From positions 1-50,963 of the forward strand of contig JAKPTH010000283.1 of the NCBI GenBank assembly GCA_029571125.1: a stretch of 50,963 nucleotides of DNA. The letters are read 5' to 3'. Positions 1-9,301 of this stretch are shown in pieces (position 1 is the stretch's first letter; every line of letters begins with the position of its first letter). Both the position numbers and the translations under genes were made by a program. A model generated the notes under the pieces. That model saw nothing but the letters and a program-made list of their open reading frames with translations. It did no database searches and had not been told where the DNA came from. Source of the stretch: a bacterium. GTDB taxonomy: Bacteria > Muiribacteriota > UBA9980.

Positions 1-1859
1 TGAGGTTGCTTAATTTCTTCGCGGACAGCGGCGCTTTCTATCAAAGCTCCGGTTTCTCCGGGCGATTTGTCTTCGGCGGCGGCCGGGATTTCACCGGCCT
101 GCCGTACCGCGGAATCCGCCGTTTTATTTTCCGGCAGGTCCTGAACCTGAACCGGCGGTTCTTCTTTTGCGCCTGAGCCTTCCTGCGGCAAGGCTTCTTC
201 AGTCTGCTTCAAAGCCGCCTTGCTTTTAATTTCAGCCCTTATTTCCTCGCCTTTTTTAGGGGAAATTTCAAACTTAAACCAGTCCAGAATATCTTTTTCA
301 AGCCCTACGCTTTCTTTGTCCTTGGTGATGAAATTCACGTAGCATTTTACGAAAAGTTGCTGCAGAGCTGCAAAAGTGAGTTTTTTATTGCACTTAAGCG
401 AGTTGAAAGACCTTTTGAGGTTGCCTTCGTCGTCGCATTCCCAGCGGTACAGCGCCAGGGCGGTTATCACAAGAACGTTATAGTCTTTTATAGGGAACTC
501 CGGAAGAATAAGAGTGTTGGTTTCTACGTTGTAAATTCCGTTTCCGCAGCCCGGAACGAAAAGTATTTCAGGTATCCCTGAGTTTTTGGATATCTTCGAT
601 TTAAAAACCTGCGGATCGGCCTCTAAAAATTTGGCTATCACCTGAAATACCATGTCTGGTATTTTTTTATAGATTTTTTTGGTCATGAATAAAATCGGCT
701 CGATTTCATTTCTTTTAGCCACCTGGTTAAGGATGTTTTTAATATATTCGATTTTCGACACTAAAAAATCTATATTTGATTGCGCGCTCGCGCGTTTTCT
801 GCACAGATCGTACTTTTCTATTTCAGCGAGGCATCTGGCTTTCAAGGAAACGAGCTTCAATAGCTCGCACTCCTTATTTATAAGCTCCGTTTCAAGGCTT
901 ATCAGCTCGGTGTTATATCTTTCGCCGTAAGCTATATTTTTAAGCTCTTCCCTGCGCTCGTTTCTGAGGCTGTTTATCAAAAAATTTTCGATATTCACGA
1001 ATTCGAGAAGCTCTTCTTTCGTCATCGAAAAACCGCTTCCGGTTTTATATTTATAAAAAGAATACGCGTCTATTATCCTTTCGATTTTTTCGCTCGTGGC
1101 CATCATGGCTTTAACCAGAGGCTTTCCGGCGTTCTGTTTGGCTATTTCGTATATAAGCAGCTTGCGCGTTTTAAAGCTGATTTCTTTTTCCATATTCGCC
1201 ATGCTAAGCTTTGAATTAATGCTTTCATACTCGGCGTTAAGCCTTTCCAGAGCGTTGGCGCTCGTGAATTCCTTCAGGCTCGCGCTGAGCCATGAAGTAA
1301 TAGTGTGTATTTTAAAATCGTAATCTTTGATATAACTTTCAGAACCGAGCGCGTCGTTGAGCATGGAGTCGTCGAATCCGCTCGAAGAAAGAACCAGACG
1401 GTCGGACAGATAAGCGAAATCGATAATCTTTTTTTCATCTTCGCTGAAAGTCAGTTCGAAAAGATTATCGCCTTCGTTCCTGAATTTTTTATTTATTATA
1501 TACGTTACTATATCCCAGTACTTTGCGTTAAGAGCGTTTATGGTAAGCGCGTCAAGCGAATTTTCAATGTAGTTATCGATATAATGGTTGGTGAGATTTT
1601 TAAGCGCCACGGCTTCCTGTGAAGCGTCTCCGGCGAATATGGCTTCTATAAGGCGGTTAACTGCTCCGGCCTTCTGGTGAGCGTATTTGGTGGATTTTTT
1701 CGGTTCATGGACAGCCGCCGGTTTCGGACGGGTGAAATATTTAAAATAAACGAATATAGCCAGAATAACGAATATAACGATGGCGAATATCAGTCCGGCG
1801 TTGCTTCTGTTGGCGGCGAAAGCGTCCGACACGCCCTTAAAAAAATCATTTACATGCAT
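1..1859 (-). CDS. Uncharacterised coiled-coil family protein, paralogue A, with N-terminal transmembrane anchor; 3' end runs off the window
   Basis: Not in the ORF track because it has no stop inside the window. Manual translation from ATG 1859: MHVNDFFKGVSDAFAANRSNAGLIFAIVIFVILAIFVYFKYF...NAKYWDIVTYIINKK...FSEDEKKIIDFAYLSD...EADPQVFKSK..GIPEILFVPGCGNGIYN..LIIPEFP..ALALYRWECDD..DWF. These motifs match the genes at 1925-4003 and 6096-7805, and the frame is still open at the window edge. Confidence 0.9.
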   Translation of the reverse strand, partial: MHVNDFFKGVSDAFAANRSNAGLIFAIVIFVILAIFVYFKYFTRPKPAAVHEPKKSTKYAHQKAGAVNRLIEAIFAGDASQEAVALKNLTNHYIDNYIENSLDALTINALNAKYWDIVTYIINKKFRNEGDNLFELTFSEDEKKIIDFAYLSDRLVLSSSGFDDSMLNDALGSESYIKDYDFKIHTITSWLSASLKEFTSANALERLNAEYESINSKLSMANMEKEISFKTRKLLIYEIAKQNAGKPLVKAMMATSEKIERIIDAYSFYKYKTGSGFSMTKEELLEFVNIENFLINSLRNERREELKNIAYGERYNTELISLETELINKECELLKLVSLKARCLAEIEKYDLCRKRASAQSNIDFLVSKIEYIKNILNQVAKRNEIEPILFMTKKIYKKIPDMVFQVIAKFLEADPQVFKSKISKNSGIPEILFVPGCGNGIYNVETNTLILPEFPIKDYNVLVITALALYRWECDDEGNLKRSFNSLKCNKKLTFAALQQLFVKCYVNFITKDKESVGLEKDILDWFKFEISPKKGEEIRAEIKSKAALKQTEEALPQEGSGAKEEPPVQVQDLPENKTADSAVRQAGEIPAAAEDKSPGETGALIESAAVREEIKQP

Positions 1860-1924
1860 ATTCAATCTTCCGTATACAATCGGCGATTTGACACGCCGTC
1901 GTTAATTAAGGCCGGATAATCCGG

Positions 1925-4003
1925 CTAGCTTATCTCTTCTTCCTTCAATAAAGACGACATAAATTTGTAATACTTGCTCTGAAGCGACATAAGGTTAAGA
2001 AAATGCTTAACCTGATTTGCGTCGAGGTTTGAAATGGTTATATTGACTTTCTGATGGTCTTTTGACGGTTCGACCGTCACGTCGTCCAACTTAAAAACCG
2101 ATTTTATGCGTTTTTTTATTATAGCCGAATTTTCCTTGAGAAGAAGCGATATGGTTTCGCTGACTTCTCTCGCCGCAGGGCTTTCTTTGATAAAAGGCTT
2201 TTCGGCCGGAGAGCCGTTGAACTCGCCCGGAAGTTTTACGGATTTTTTATAATCGTTCAAAGCCTGCGAAACTTGAGGCGCGGCTTCTTCGCCGGGGCTT
2301 TCGCCCTGCGTTTCGTCGGGAGCGAATTCGCCGGGAAGCTTTAGCTGCGATTTTTTTCCGGATTTTAATTCGGCGGATATTATTTCGACCTTCAGGCCTT
2401 TTTCTTTCGGAAGCGTTTTCGGCTGCGGAATTTTTTCGGCTGCGGGCGTATCGGAAGGCTGCGCCGCGATTACGTCCTTTTCCGCTCCGGCGTCCGGGCT
2501 TTCAAGGCCAGTTCCGTCCTCTTCAATTTCGAAAGTCTCTTCCGCGCCCGAAAGGCCAGGCGTCTGCTGGACTTCTTTTTGAGAAATATAGCCGATGAAC
2601 CAGCCTCTTGTTTCGTAATCGAAATCGCTGAGAATGGCAGTTTCCTCGCCTGAAAGGCTTTTTGAAATATACAGACAGTAATTTTTTATGAACGACTGCA
2701 TTAATGTAGTCGTGTTCGTAAAATATTTATTTGATTTTAAAAAAGAGTAGGAGTTTTTGAGCTTATTCTCGTCGTCGCATTCCCATCTGTAAATGGCCAT
2801 GGCATTGAGAAAGGAATCCGTGAAATCTTTAGTAGGGAACTGGGGAACTATAAAGGCGTTCAAATGGTAATCGTAGTCGCCCTTTCCCTTGCCCGGAACG
2901 AGGATTATATCAGGATAGCCGTACATTTTGACTTTCTTGTTGTCGAAAAAATCAGGGTCCAGCTCCATAGTGCCTTCTATAAGCTGAAACATCTGCTGCG
3001 GAATGTTTTTGACTATGCCCTGCGTGAGAAATATCACCGGCTCTATCTTATTGCTCCTGGATATGACTTCAATAATATTTTTTATGGCCGATATTCTTTC
3101 CTTTAAAAAATCGTCTTTTTCTTCGTCTAATATTTCCTTTTTTGAATATATGAACTCTTCGATTTTTTGCCTGCTTTTACCTATTAAAGTTACATTGTCG
3201 AAAATTTCATGCTCTTTCTGTATGATCATATCCTCGAGAAAATAAAGGTTGGCGATATAATCCTGGTTGAGGCCCGGCCTGGACTTGCAGAACCGCTTTC
3301 TTTCTTCGCGGGTTTTATTGATCTGATTTTCCAGATTGACGAATTCCACGCGCTCGTCTTTCTTGAGCAGGAGCTCGTTTTGTATGCGCGATCTGAGCGC
3401 GCCGTATTTTTCGAGCGCCTCGTCCACTTTTACGTTGTAGGCAAGAAGTTTGTCTACATCGGCGCGGGCTATATTTTTAGGAGGATGTTCGGAAAAGCTT
3501 TTATCCAGTTTTTTCTTTGACTCTATAACGACGAGTTTTTCATCCCTTAAATTATTTACAGTCGCCACGAGCGCTTCATATTTTTTTTCGTATTCCTTAA
3601 GCTTATTGACGCCCATAAAATCCTGAAGCTGTTCATAAAGCCAGGAAGATATGGAGAAGCATTTTACCGGGCAGCCGCTTTCGGCGGCGGCGGCGACGCT
3701 TTCGGACAGCGATTCGGGGGTTATAGCGTTATTTTCGCCCAGCAGTTCGTCAGAAATATATCCGAAATCAATCGCCAGTTTTTCACTGTCGCTGAAGTGA
3801 AGCTCGCCCGTAGATAAAAGCCGTTTTTTAACTATAAAAAAGACCATATCCCAGTACTGGCTGTTTAAATACCTTATGTGCGCGATATTCGAAGGGTTGG
3901 CGTTAAAGCTGGCTATCGCTGTTTTAATATTATTTTTAAACGCCACGGCTCTTTCCGAGTGATCGGTGGAAAAAATATCGTCGAAAATTTTATTCGTCGC
4001 CAT
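1925..4003 (-). CDS. Uncharacterised coiled-coil family protein, paralogue B (692 aa)
   Basis: Long ORF; start moved to ATG 4003, which follows GGAG. Motifs YWD, DFGYISD, SWLYEQL, DPDFF..YGYPDIILVPGKG, YRWECD, then a Pro/Glu/Ala-rich linker and a small C-terminal domain. Confidence 0.9.
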   Translation of the reverse strand: MATNKIFDDIFSTDHSERAVAFKNNIKTAIASFNANPSNIAHIRYLNSQYWDMVFFIVKKRLLSTGELHFSDSEKLAIDFGYISDELLGENNAITPESLSESVAAAAESGCPVKCFSISSWLYEQLQDFMGVNKLKEYEKKYEALVATVNNLRDEKLVVIESKKKLDKSFSEHPPKNIARADVDKLLAYNVKVDEALEKYGALRSRIQNELLLKKDERVEFVNLENQINKTREERKRFCKSRPGLNQDYIANLYFLEDMIIQKEHEIFDNVTLIGKSRQKIEEFIYSKKEILDEEKDDFLKERISAIKNIIEVISRSNKIEPVIFLTQGIVKNIPQQMFQLIEGTMELDPDFFDNKKVKMYGYPDIILVPGKGKGDYDYHLNAFIVPQFPTKDFTDSFLNAMAIYRWECDDENKLKNSYSFLKSNKYFTNTTTLMQSFIKNYCLYISKSLSGEETAILSDFDYETRGWFIGYISQKEVQQTPGLSGAEETFEIEEDGTGLESPDAGAEKDVIAAQPSDTPAAEKIPQPKTLPKEKGLKVEIISAELKSGKKSQLKLPGEFAPDETQGESPGEEAAPQVSQALNDYKKSVKLPGEFNGSPAEKPFIKESPAAREVSETISLLLKENSAIIKKRIKSVFKLDDVTVEPSKDHQKVNITISNLDANQVKHFLNLMSLQSKYYKFMSSLLKEEEIS

Positions 4004-4790
4004 AGTCAGCTCCATTAACGATTTCATCGAATTTATCGCCCACGCGCTTTTGTATAGAGGCGTTTTTATCCCTGACGCCTTTTTCGAATTTATCGAGCGC
4101 TATAGATATTTCTGAAGTGGCGCTTTCATAGGGCGTTTTCGACATCAATACTTTTTTCTGAATATCGAGGGAAGTTAAAAAAGCTTTAAAAAGACCGTCG
4201 AATTTATCTTTGACGCGGCCGGCCTCCAGGCCGTAATAATCTATATGCTCTTTCTTCAAAACCGAGAGCATCGATTTTAAACTCTGCGCTCTTTGCGGAT
4301 CGGAACTTTTGCTTATGCCGCGCTTGATTTCGGCCAGCTCCGACTTGTGGCGGGAGAAAGCCCTGCCGAGGCACTGCGCATACCGGGCGTTGGCTGAATC
4401 CACGGCGTTTTTTAATTCCTTTTTGAATTTATCTATATCGTCAGCCAGAGCCGAATAAATCTGCATATATTCCACTTCGCCAGTCGCGTCTTTAAAAAAA
4501 TTAATGTTTAAAATATCTTTTTCAAAAGCCCTGTCTATAAGCGCGGCTGAAGCGGCCGGGCGGACGGCTGCGGGCCTCTTTTTTTCTTCAGGCGCCGAAG
4601 CCGCATTTACATTGGGACGAACTGCGCCGCGGGCTTTTTGCGGCGCCGCTTTGACGGCGCCCGGCTTTCGGGCCTGCTGCGCTTCGGCCGGAGCTGGCGA
4701 AGCGCAAAAGAAAGCCAGCGCGAAAGGTAAAAAAGCTGCGGCAGATAACCGCGGCAGTTTTCCTGCTTTATTATCGAAGAAAAATCCCAT
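3990..4790 (-). CDS. Secreted alpha-helical hypothetical protein
   Basis: GAGG RBS; signal-peptide-like N-terminus (AAAFLPFALAFFCASPAPAEA), Ala/Pro/Lys-rich linker, amphipathic helical body; stop overlaps the start of paralogue B. Confidence 0.8.
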   Translation of the reverse strand: MGFFFDNKAGKLPRLSAAAFLPFALAFFCASPAPAEAQQARKPGAVKAAPQKARGAVRPNVNAASAPEEKKRPAAVRPAASAALIDRAFEKDILNINFFKDATGEVEYMQIYSALADDIDKFKKELKNAVDSANARYAQCLGRAFSRHKSELAEIKRGISKSSDPQRAQSLKSMLSVLKKEHIDYYGLEAGRVKDKFDGLFKAFLTSLDIQKKVLMSKTPYESATSEISIALDKFEKGVRDKNASIQKRVGDKFDEIVNGADYGDE

Positions 4791-4836
4791 AAATTCCTCC
4801 GTTTTAAATGAGCGTAAATTAACTAAATCTTAAAAA

Positions 4837-6177
4837 CTATTTAATAAGCTCGCTGAATTTTTGCAATTTCGATTGTATCAGAAGCGTGTTTAATATAAGG
4901 TCGAGTTCTCCGCTGGTAACGTTGATGTTGAGCAAATGTATGTTCACCGCTTCGGCGTTCTTGGGCGACGGCAGAATCGCCAGCTTATCGCCGACGTTTT
5001 CCGATTTTATGATGGCTTTTATCTTGCTGTATATAAGGCTTCTCGCAACGTTAAAGCGTTCCTCAACGGGCACCTGCGAATAGTCGACGGCCGACGGCGC
5101 AGCCGCGCCCGCCTGCGAGGAAGTTTGAGCGGAACCCGGGGAATTTTTAAGCTCCGAATTTTCTTTTTTGAGAGCTTCGATTTCTTCCCGGAGCGCCTTT
5201 AGCTGCTCTTCGAACAAAGCCCGCGTGTCAAAATCGCCGTCGCCGCCTTCCTGAAGCGCCTGCTCGCCTCCCTGAGATTCTATTTTAGAAAAAGCCTCAG
5301 TTTTGAGCTCTTCATAATTTTTAATTTTAAGCAGCTCGGGCCCGTTTAATTTAAGATATCCGTTGACGGCGCTTAAAACTTCAGACGCGGCTTTATAATC
5401 GAGCTCGGCCTTTATGGCTTCGGCGTACTTTTGCTGAAGCTCTCCTTTAACCTTCTCGGCTTCGTTTTTAAGCTTTTCGGCCAGTTCTTTAGCGGTGTTA
5501 GAATCCGCTGCGGCCGTTTTCAGCATTTCGCCGAGCTTCACTTTCGCTTCGGCTATTTTAGCGTCTTCGGCCGCCTTGGCTTCGTTGGCCCGCGCCGCTT
5601 CGTTTTTGGCGAGACTTTTTACGGTTTCGGCTTCGGCCTTGAGCTTTTCAAACTCGGCCTTTTTGCTTTCAAAAGCTATTTTAGCCTCGTTTTCGGCTTT
5701 GGCAGCTTCGGCCGCCTTGACGGTGGCTTCCATCGCTTTTCCAGACGCTTCGGCGGCTTTCACCATAAAGTCGGCCTTCACCGACATATCCGCGCGGGCC
5801 GCCTCCACGGATTTATTGGCCGCCTCTTCCGACAGGCGCGCCGCTTCCGATGCTATCTGGATGGCTGCCTCGTGCGCTTCGTTAAGGGCTTTTTCGGCGT
5901 CCTCCAAGAGTTTTGCGGCTTCGTCCCTTTTCATTTCGGCTTCCGAGGCTTTAGCCATTATTTCGCCGACCCTGTCTTCCGGTTTTTGAGAGCCGAGGCC
6001 GGATTTCTTTTCATGCTTCGCCTCGCCGTGTTTTAAAACCTCGAACTCGACGACCTCGTCTTTTTTGGGCGCCACCTGCCATGTAAACCAGTCTCTTATT
6101 TCTTTGTCGAAAAGCTTATAGCCCTTGAGCTCCTTGGTGATATATATGGTGAAATCCTTAATGAGAGCGCGCTGCAA
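4837..6177 (-). CDS. C-terminal part of paralogue C (Ala/Glu/Lys-rich coiled coil plus conserved C-terminal domain), separated by a duplication-induced frameshift
   Basis: The N-terminus LQRALIKDFTIYITKELKGYKLFDKEIRDWF repeats sequence in 6096-7805; the C-terminus (VNI..N..LN...QSK..KF) resembles that of paralogue B. Confidence 0.7.
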   Translation of the reverse strand: MQRALIKDFTIYITKELKGYKLFDKEIRDWFTWQVAPKKDEVVEFEVLKHGEAKHEKKSGLGSQKPEDRVGEIMAKASEAEMKRDEAAKLLEDAEKALNEAHEAAIQIASEAARLSEEAANKSVEAARADMSVKADFMVKAAEASGKAMEATVKAAEAAKAENEAKIAFESKKAEFEKLKAEAETVKSLAKNEAARANEAKAAEDAKIAEAKVKLGEMLKTAAADSNTAKELAEKLKNEAEKVKGELQQKYAEAIKAELDYKAASEVLSAVNGYLKLNGPELLKIKNYEELKTEAFSKIESQGGEQALQEGGDGDFDTRALFEEQLKALREEIEALKKENSELKNSPGSAQTSSQAGAAAPSAVDYSQVPVEERFNVARSLIYSKIKAIIKSENVGDKLAILPSPKNAEAVNIHLLNINVTSGELDLILNTLLIQSKLQKFSELIK

Positions 6178-6540
6178 ATCGACGAACGATAATTTTTTAT
6201 AAGGCTTGAGGCTGTTATAAGCTTCGCGGCTTCGTCCCTTTTCATTTCGGCCTCGGAGGCCTTCGCCATTATTTCGCCGACCCTGTCTTCCGGTTTTTGA
6301 GAGCCGAGGCCGGATTTTTTTTCGTGTTTCGCCTCGCCGTGTTTTAAGACCTCGAATTCGACGACCTCGTCTTTTTTAGGCGCCACCTGCCAGTTGAACC
6401 AGTCCCTTATTTCCTTGTCGAAAAGTTTATAGCCTTTGAGCTCTTTAGTGATGTATATGGTAAAATCCTTAATGAGAGCGCGCTGTAAATCGACGAACGA
6501 TAATTTTTTATAAGGCTTGAGGCTGTTATAAGCTTCGCGG
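5915..6540. repeat. 311-bp tandem duplication, two diverged copies joined at a GCGG microhomology
   Basis: GCGG occurs at 5915, 6226 and 6537 (period 311). About 22 mismatches counted by eye, all synonymous except one codon (Thr/Asn). Confidence 0.95.
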
Positions 6541-7805
6541 AATTCCTTGTCTTCGTCGCAATCCCAGCGATATAGCACCATGGCCGAAATCACGGATTCC
6601 TTGAAATTGGTGAGCGGAAAAACAGGCACTATGAAAGAATTATAATCGTAACTGTAAATGGCGTTTCCGCAGCCGGGAACGAAAATGACCGACGGATAGC
6701 CGAACCTCTTGAATTTTTTAGTTTTAAAAACGCGGGGATCGGCTTTTAAATATTCACAAAGCGCTTCTATTATCATATCGGGGATGCGCGGCGATATTTT
6801 TTCGCTCAGGCAGGGCGTGGGCTCGATCTTATTTCTTTTAGAAACCAGCTCGAACATATTTTTTATATAAGTTACGCGGTCGTTTATGAAATCTTCTTTT
6901 TTAGAAGCCGGAGTTTCGTTTTTAGCGACTATGAAGCTTTCCAGGTCCGCTTTAGCCTTCGCCAGACCGGAAACCAATCCCAGCAATTCTATTTCGTTTT
7001 CTATAACGTTGTCTTCATATTTGCAAAGATCGTTATTGAGCCCGGCAAACGATTTTATGAGCTCTTTTCTTTCGTTGCGCGAAGTGTTTATCTCGTTTTC
7101 AATGTTTATAAGCTCGAGGCGCTCCTCTTTGGAAAGGGCCATTCCCGAATTGCCCTTAAATTTAAAGAGGGAATATTTATTGGTATTCTGGTTGATCTTT
7201 TCGGAAAGGTTATAAATCCTCAAAAAAAGCTGGGGGTTGTTCAGCTGCCTTCCGATGCTCGCCAAGACCTGTTTTTTAAGCATCACGTTGTCTTCGATGC
7301 TCTTCTTGTATTCCTGGGTTTTATTTACCTTGGCGTCGTATTCCGTGCGCAGCTTCTCTATTTCATATATGCCCATGAATTCTTTGAGCTGCTCGTTGAG
7401 CCAGTCTGTAATGCTGTAAAATTTTATTTCGATATCGTTGATGCGTGTGGATGAATCGAAAACATCGTCTATGCCTTCAAGAGAGAATTTTTCACTCGAT
7501 TTCGCCACCATATCGGAAACGTATCCGTAATTTACGGCCAGAAGCTCGTCGTTCGAAAAAGTCATCGGCGAGGCGCCTTTAGTGGCCGCCACCTTTTTTT
7601 TCAAAACGTACGTGATTAAATTCCAGTATGCGTAATTAAGCGAGCGCTTCGCGAAAGGATCGCGAGTATTAGCCAGATGCTTGGATATATTGGAAATCAT
7701 ATCGTTTTTGATTTCCGCGCACTTATTGTCAGAACCTTCGTTTTCCAACAGCTTGTCAAGGATTATGTCGTTAATTTCACTGCCCATATCACTCACGTCT
7801 TTCAT
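6096..7805 (-). CDS. N-terminal part of paralogue C of the coiled-coil family; removing one repeat copy gives one 885-aa ORF (4837-7805)
   Basis: Motifs YWN, NYGYVSD, DWLNEQL, DPRVF..FGYPSVIFVPGCG, YRWDCD. It goes out of frame at the duplication junction near 6226; 2969-311 = 2658 nt = 886 codons. Confidence 0.85.
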   Translation of the reverse strand: MKDVSDMGSEINDIILDKLLENEGSDNKCAEIKNDMISNISKHLANTRDPFAKRSLNYAYWNLITYVLKKKVAATKGASPMTFSNDELLAVNYGYVSDMVAKSSEKFSLEGIDDVFDSSTRINDIEIKFYSITDWLNEQLKEFMGIYEIEKLRTEYDAKVNKTQEYKKSIEDNVMLKKQVLASIGRQLNNPQLFLRIYNLSEKINQNTNKYSLFKFKGNSGMALSKEERLELINIENEINTSRNERKELIKSFAGLNNDLCKYEDNVIENEIELLGLVSGLAKAKADLESFIVAKNETPASKKEDFINDRVTYIKNMFELVSKRNKIEPTPCLSEKISPRIPDMIIEALCEYLKADPRVFKTKKFKRFGYPSVIFVPGCGNAIYSYDYNSFIVPVFPLTNFKESVISAMVLYRWDCDEDKEFREAYNSLKPYKKLSFVDLQRALIKDFTIYITKELKGYKLFDKEIRDWFNWQVAPKKDEVVEFEVLKHGEAKHEKKSGLGSQKPEDRVGEIMAKASEAEMKRDEAAKLITASSLIKNYRSSICSALSLRISPYISPRSSRAISFSTKK

Positions 7806-7898
7806 TATATTTCTTTAAAGCTGGTTTATAAACGCCTTATATATTTATGGCTTTCCGATGCGATTTCTCGATGCTACTGAAACCTATGAATAATTTAT

Positions 7899-9242
7899 CT
7901 ACCTCTTCGATTCCGAAGCGAAAGCTTCGAATTTTTTGGCCATTTCGTCCAGCGTTTCGTCAAAGCCTTTCTGCCCGCTGAGAAGCTTTTCGAGCGCTTT
8001 ATTGAGTTCGTCCAGATAGCGGGGCTCGGGTATGTTATAAGCATGAAGCGCGGCCAGTTTCATCTGTTCGAATAACACCTTTCTTATAGAAGCCGCGCTT
8101 TTGCCCGGATCGGCCTGAAGATGATCCATGACGGATTTTCTGGTCGGTATTATATAATTATCGCGGGCGAATCTGGCCTGCGCGTCTTTGGAATTGATGA
8201 AATTTATGAAGTCGTAGGCCTTCTCAGGGTGTCGGCACGCCGAAGATATGCACAGATACTGTCCGCCGACGGGAGAAGCCGAATCGTGCTTGCGGGGAAT
8301 TACTGCTACGCCGAGGTTTTCAGGATTTTTAAAAGCCTGGCCCTTCATTATCTTTTTTATATTCCACGGGCCGTCGATTATCATCGAAACCCTGCCGTCC
8401 ATAAATTCCATCAAAGTGAAGTCATGGCCGAACTTAGGGTCTATTTTCGAAGGAACTACGTTATATTTGCTTTTTAAATCGTATATGAACTTTAACGCGG
8501 ATTTCGTCTTTTCGGATTTGATAAGCGGAGCGCCCGATTCGTCGCAGAGGTTTCCGCCGTAGCTGAATATGAACGGAAGCAGATAATAAGATTCAAAATG
8601 ATACGAAAAACCGTATCTGGATATTTTATACTGGTTAAAAAGCGTTGTGTCGGCCGAATTTCCATCTTCATCGACGGTCAGTTTGCGAGAGTACGATAAA
8701 AATTCCTCCATGGTTTTCGGAGCGTCGTTGATTTTAGCGTCTTTAAAATGCGACTTGTTGTAGAAAAGGACCAGGCAGTCGGTGACCTGAGGTATGCCGT
8801 AAAGCTCTTTGGCGTTCAAAACGCTGAACTTATACAAATAAGGGAAGTAATCGACGTAATCCGCCGTAGCTATGTAAGGATCGAGCGCCATAAACATTTT
8901 CTGCCTGGCGTAAGGAAGGATAAGCCTTATTTCGACCCTCATTATATCCGGCAGATTTTTCTGCCTGAATTTTTCTTCGAGATAGTTTTTGGCGTCGTAA
9001 AAAGACACGTTTTCAATCTGAATTTTGACGTCGGGATTTTTGGCGCCGTATTCTTTTATGAGCTCGAAAAGCGTTTCGTTTTCCTCGTCGTTCATGGTGT
9101 TCATGAAGCTGAGCACCGTTTCTTCGGCCGTTCCCGCTGACTTTTTATCGGCGGCGGCCGCCGGCGCGGCGTATGAAAAGAGTTCAAAACAAGCGATTAT
9201 ATTAACAATTACAATCAAAATGAGCGCGTTTTTTCTACTCAT
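7899..9242 (-). CDS. Extracellular solute-binding protein, sugar ABC-transporter type (SBP_bac_1/8-like)
   Basis: Signal peptide; motifs LYGIPQVTDCLVLFYNK, FMDGRVSMIIDGPW, GGQYLCIS, AYDFINFI; GAGG before ATG 9242. Confidence 0.9.
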   Translation of the reverse strand: MSRKNALILIVIVNIIACFELFSYAAPAAAADKKSAGTAEETVLSFMNTMNDEENETLFELIKEYGAKNPDVKIQIENVSFYDAKNYLEEKFRQKNLPDIMRVEIRLILPYARQKMFMALDPYIATADYVDYFPYLYKFSVLNAKELYGIPQVTDCLVLFYNKSHFKDAKINDAPKTMEEFLSYSRKLTVDEDGNSADTTLFNQYKISRYGFSYHFESYYLLPFIFSYGGNLCDESGAPLIKSEKTKSALKFIYDLKSKYNVVPSKIDPKFGHDFTLMEFMDGRVSMIIDGPWNIKKIMKGQAFKNPENLGVAVIPRKHDSASPVGGQYLCISSACRHPEKAYDFINFINSKDAQARFARDNYIIPTRKSVMDHLQADPGKSAASIRKVLFEQMKLAALHAYNIPEPRYLDELNKALEKLLSGQKGFDETLDEMAKKFEAFASESKR

Positions 9243-9301
9243 GGATTGACCTCTCAATTATATCGAAAATTTTAAGCCATGATTATTATGATAACGGAAT
9301 G

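Noticed and set aside
5915-6540. Diversity-generating retroelement TR/VR pair
   Set aside because: Mismatches are not confined to adenines, are almost all synonymous, the copies are directly tandem, and no reverse transcriptase is in the window.
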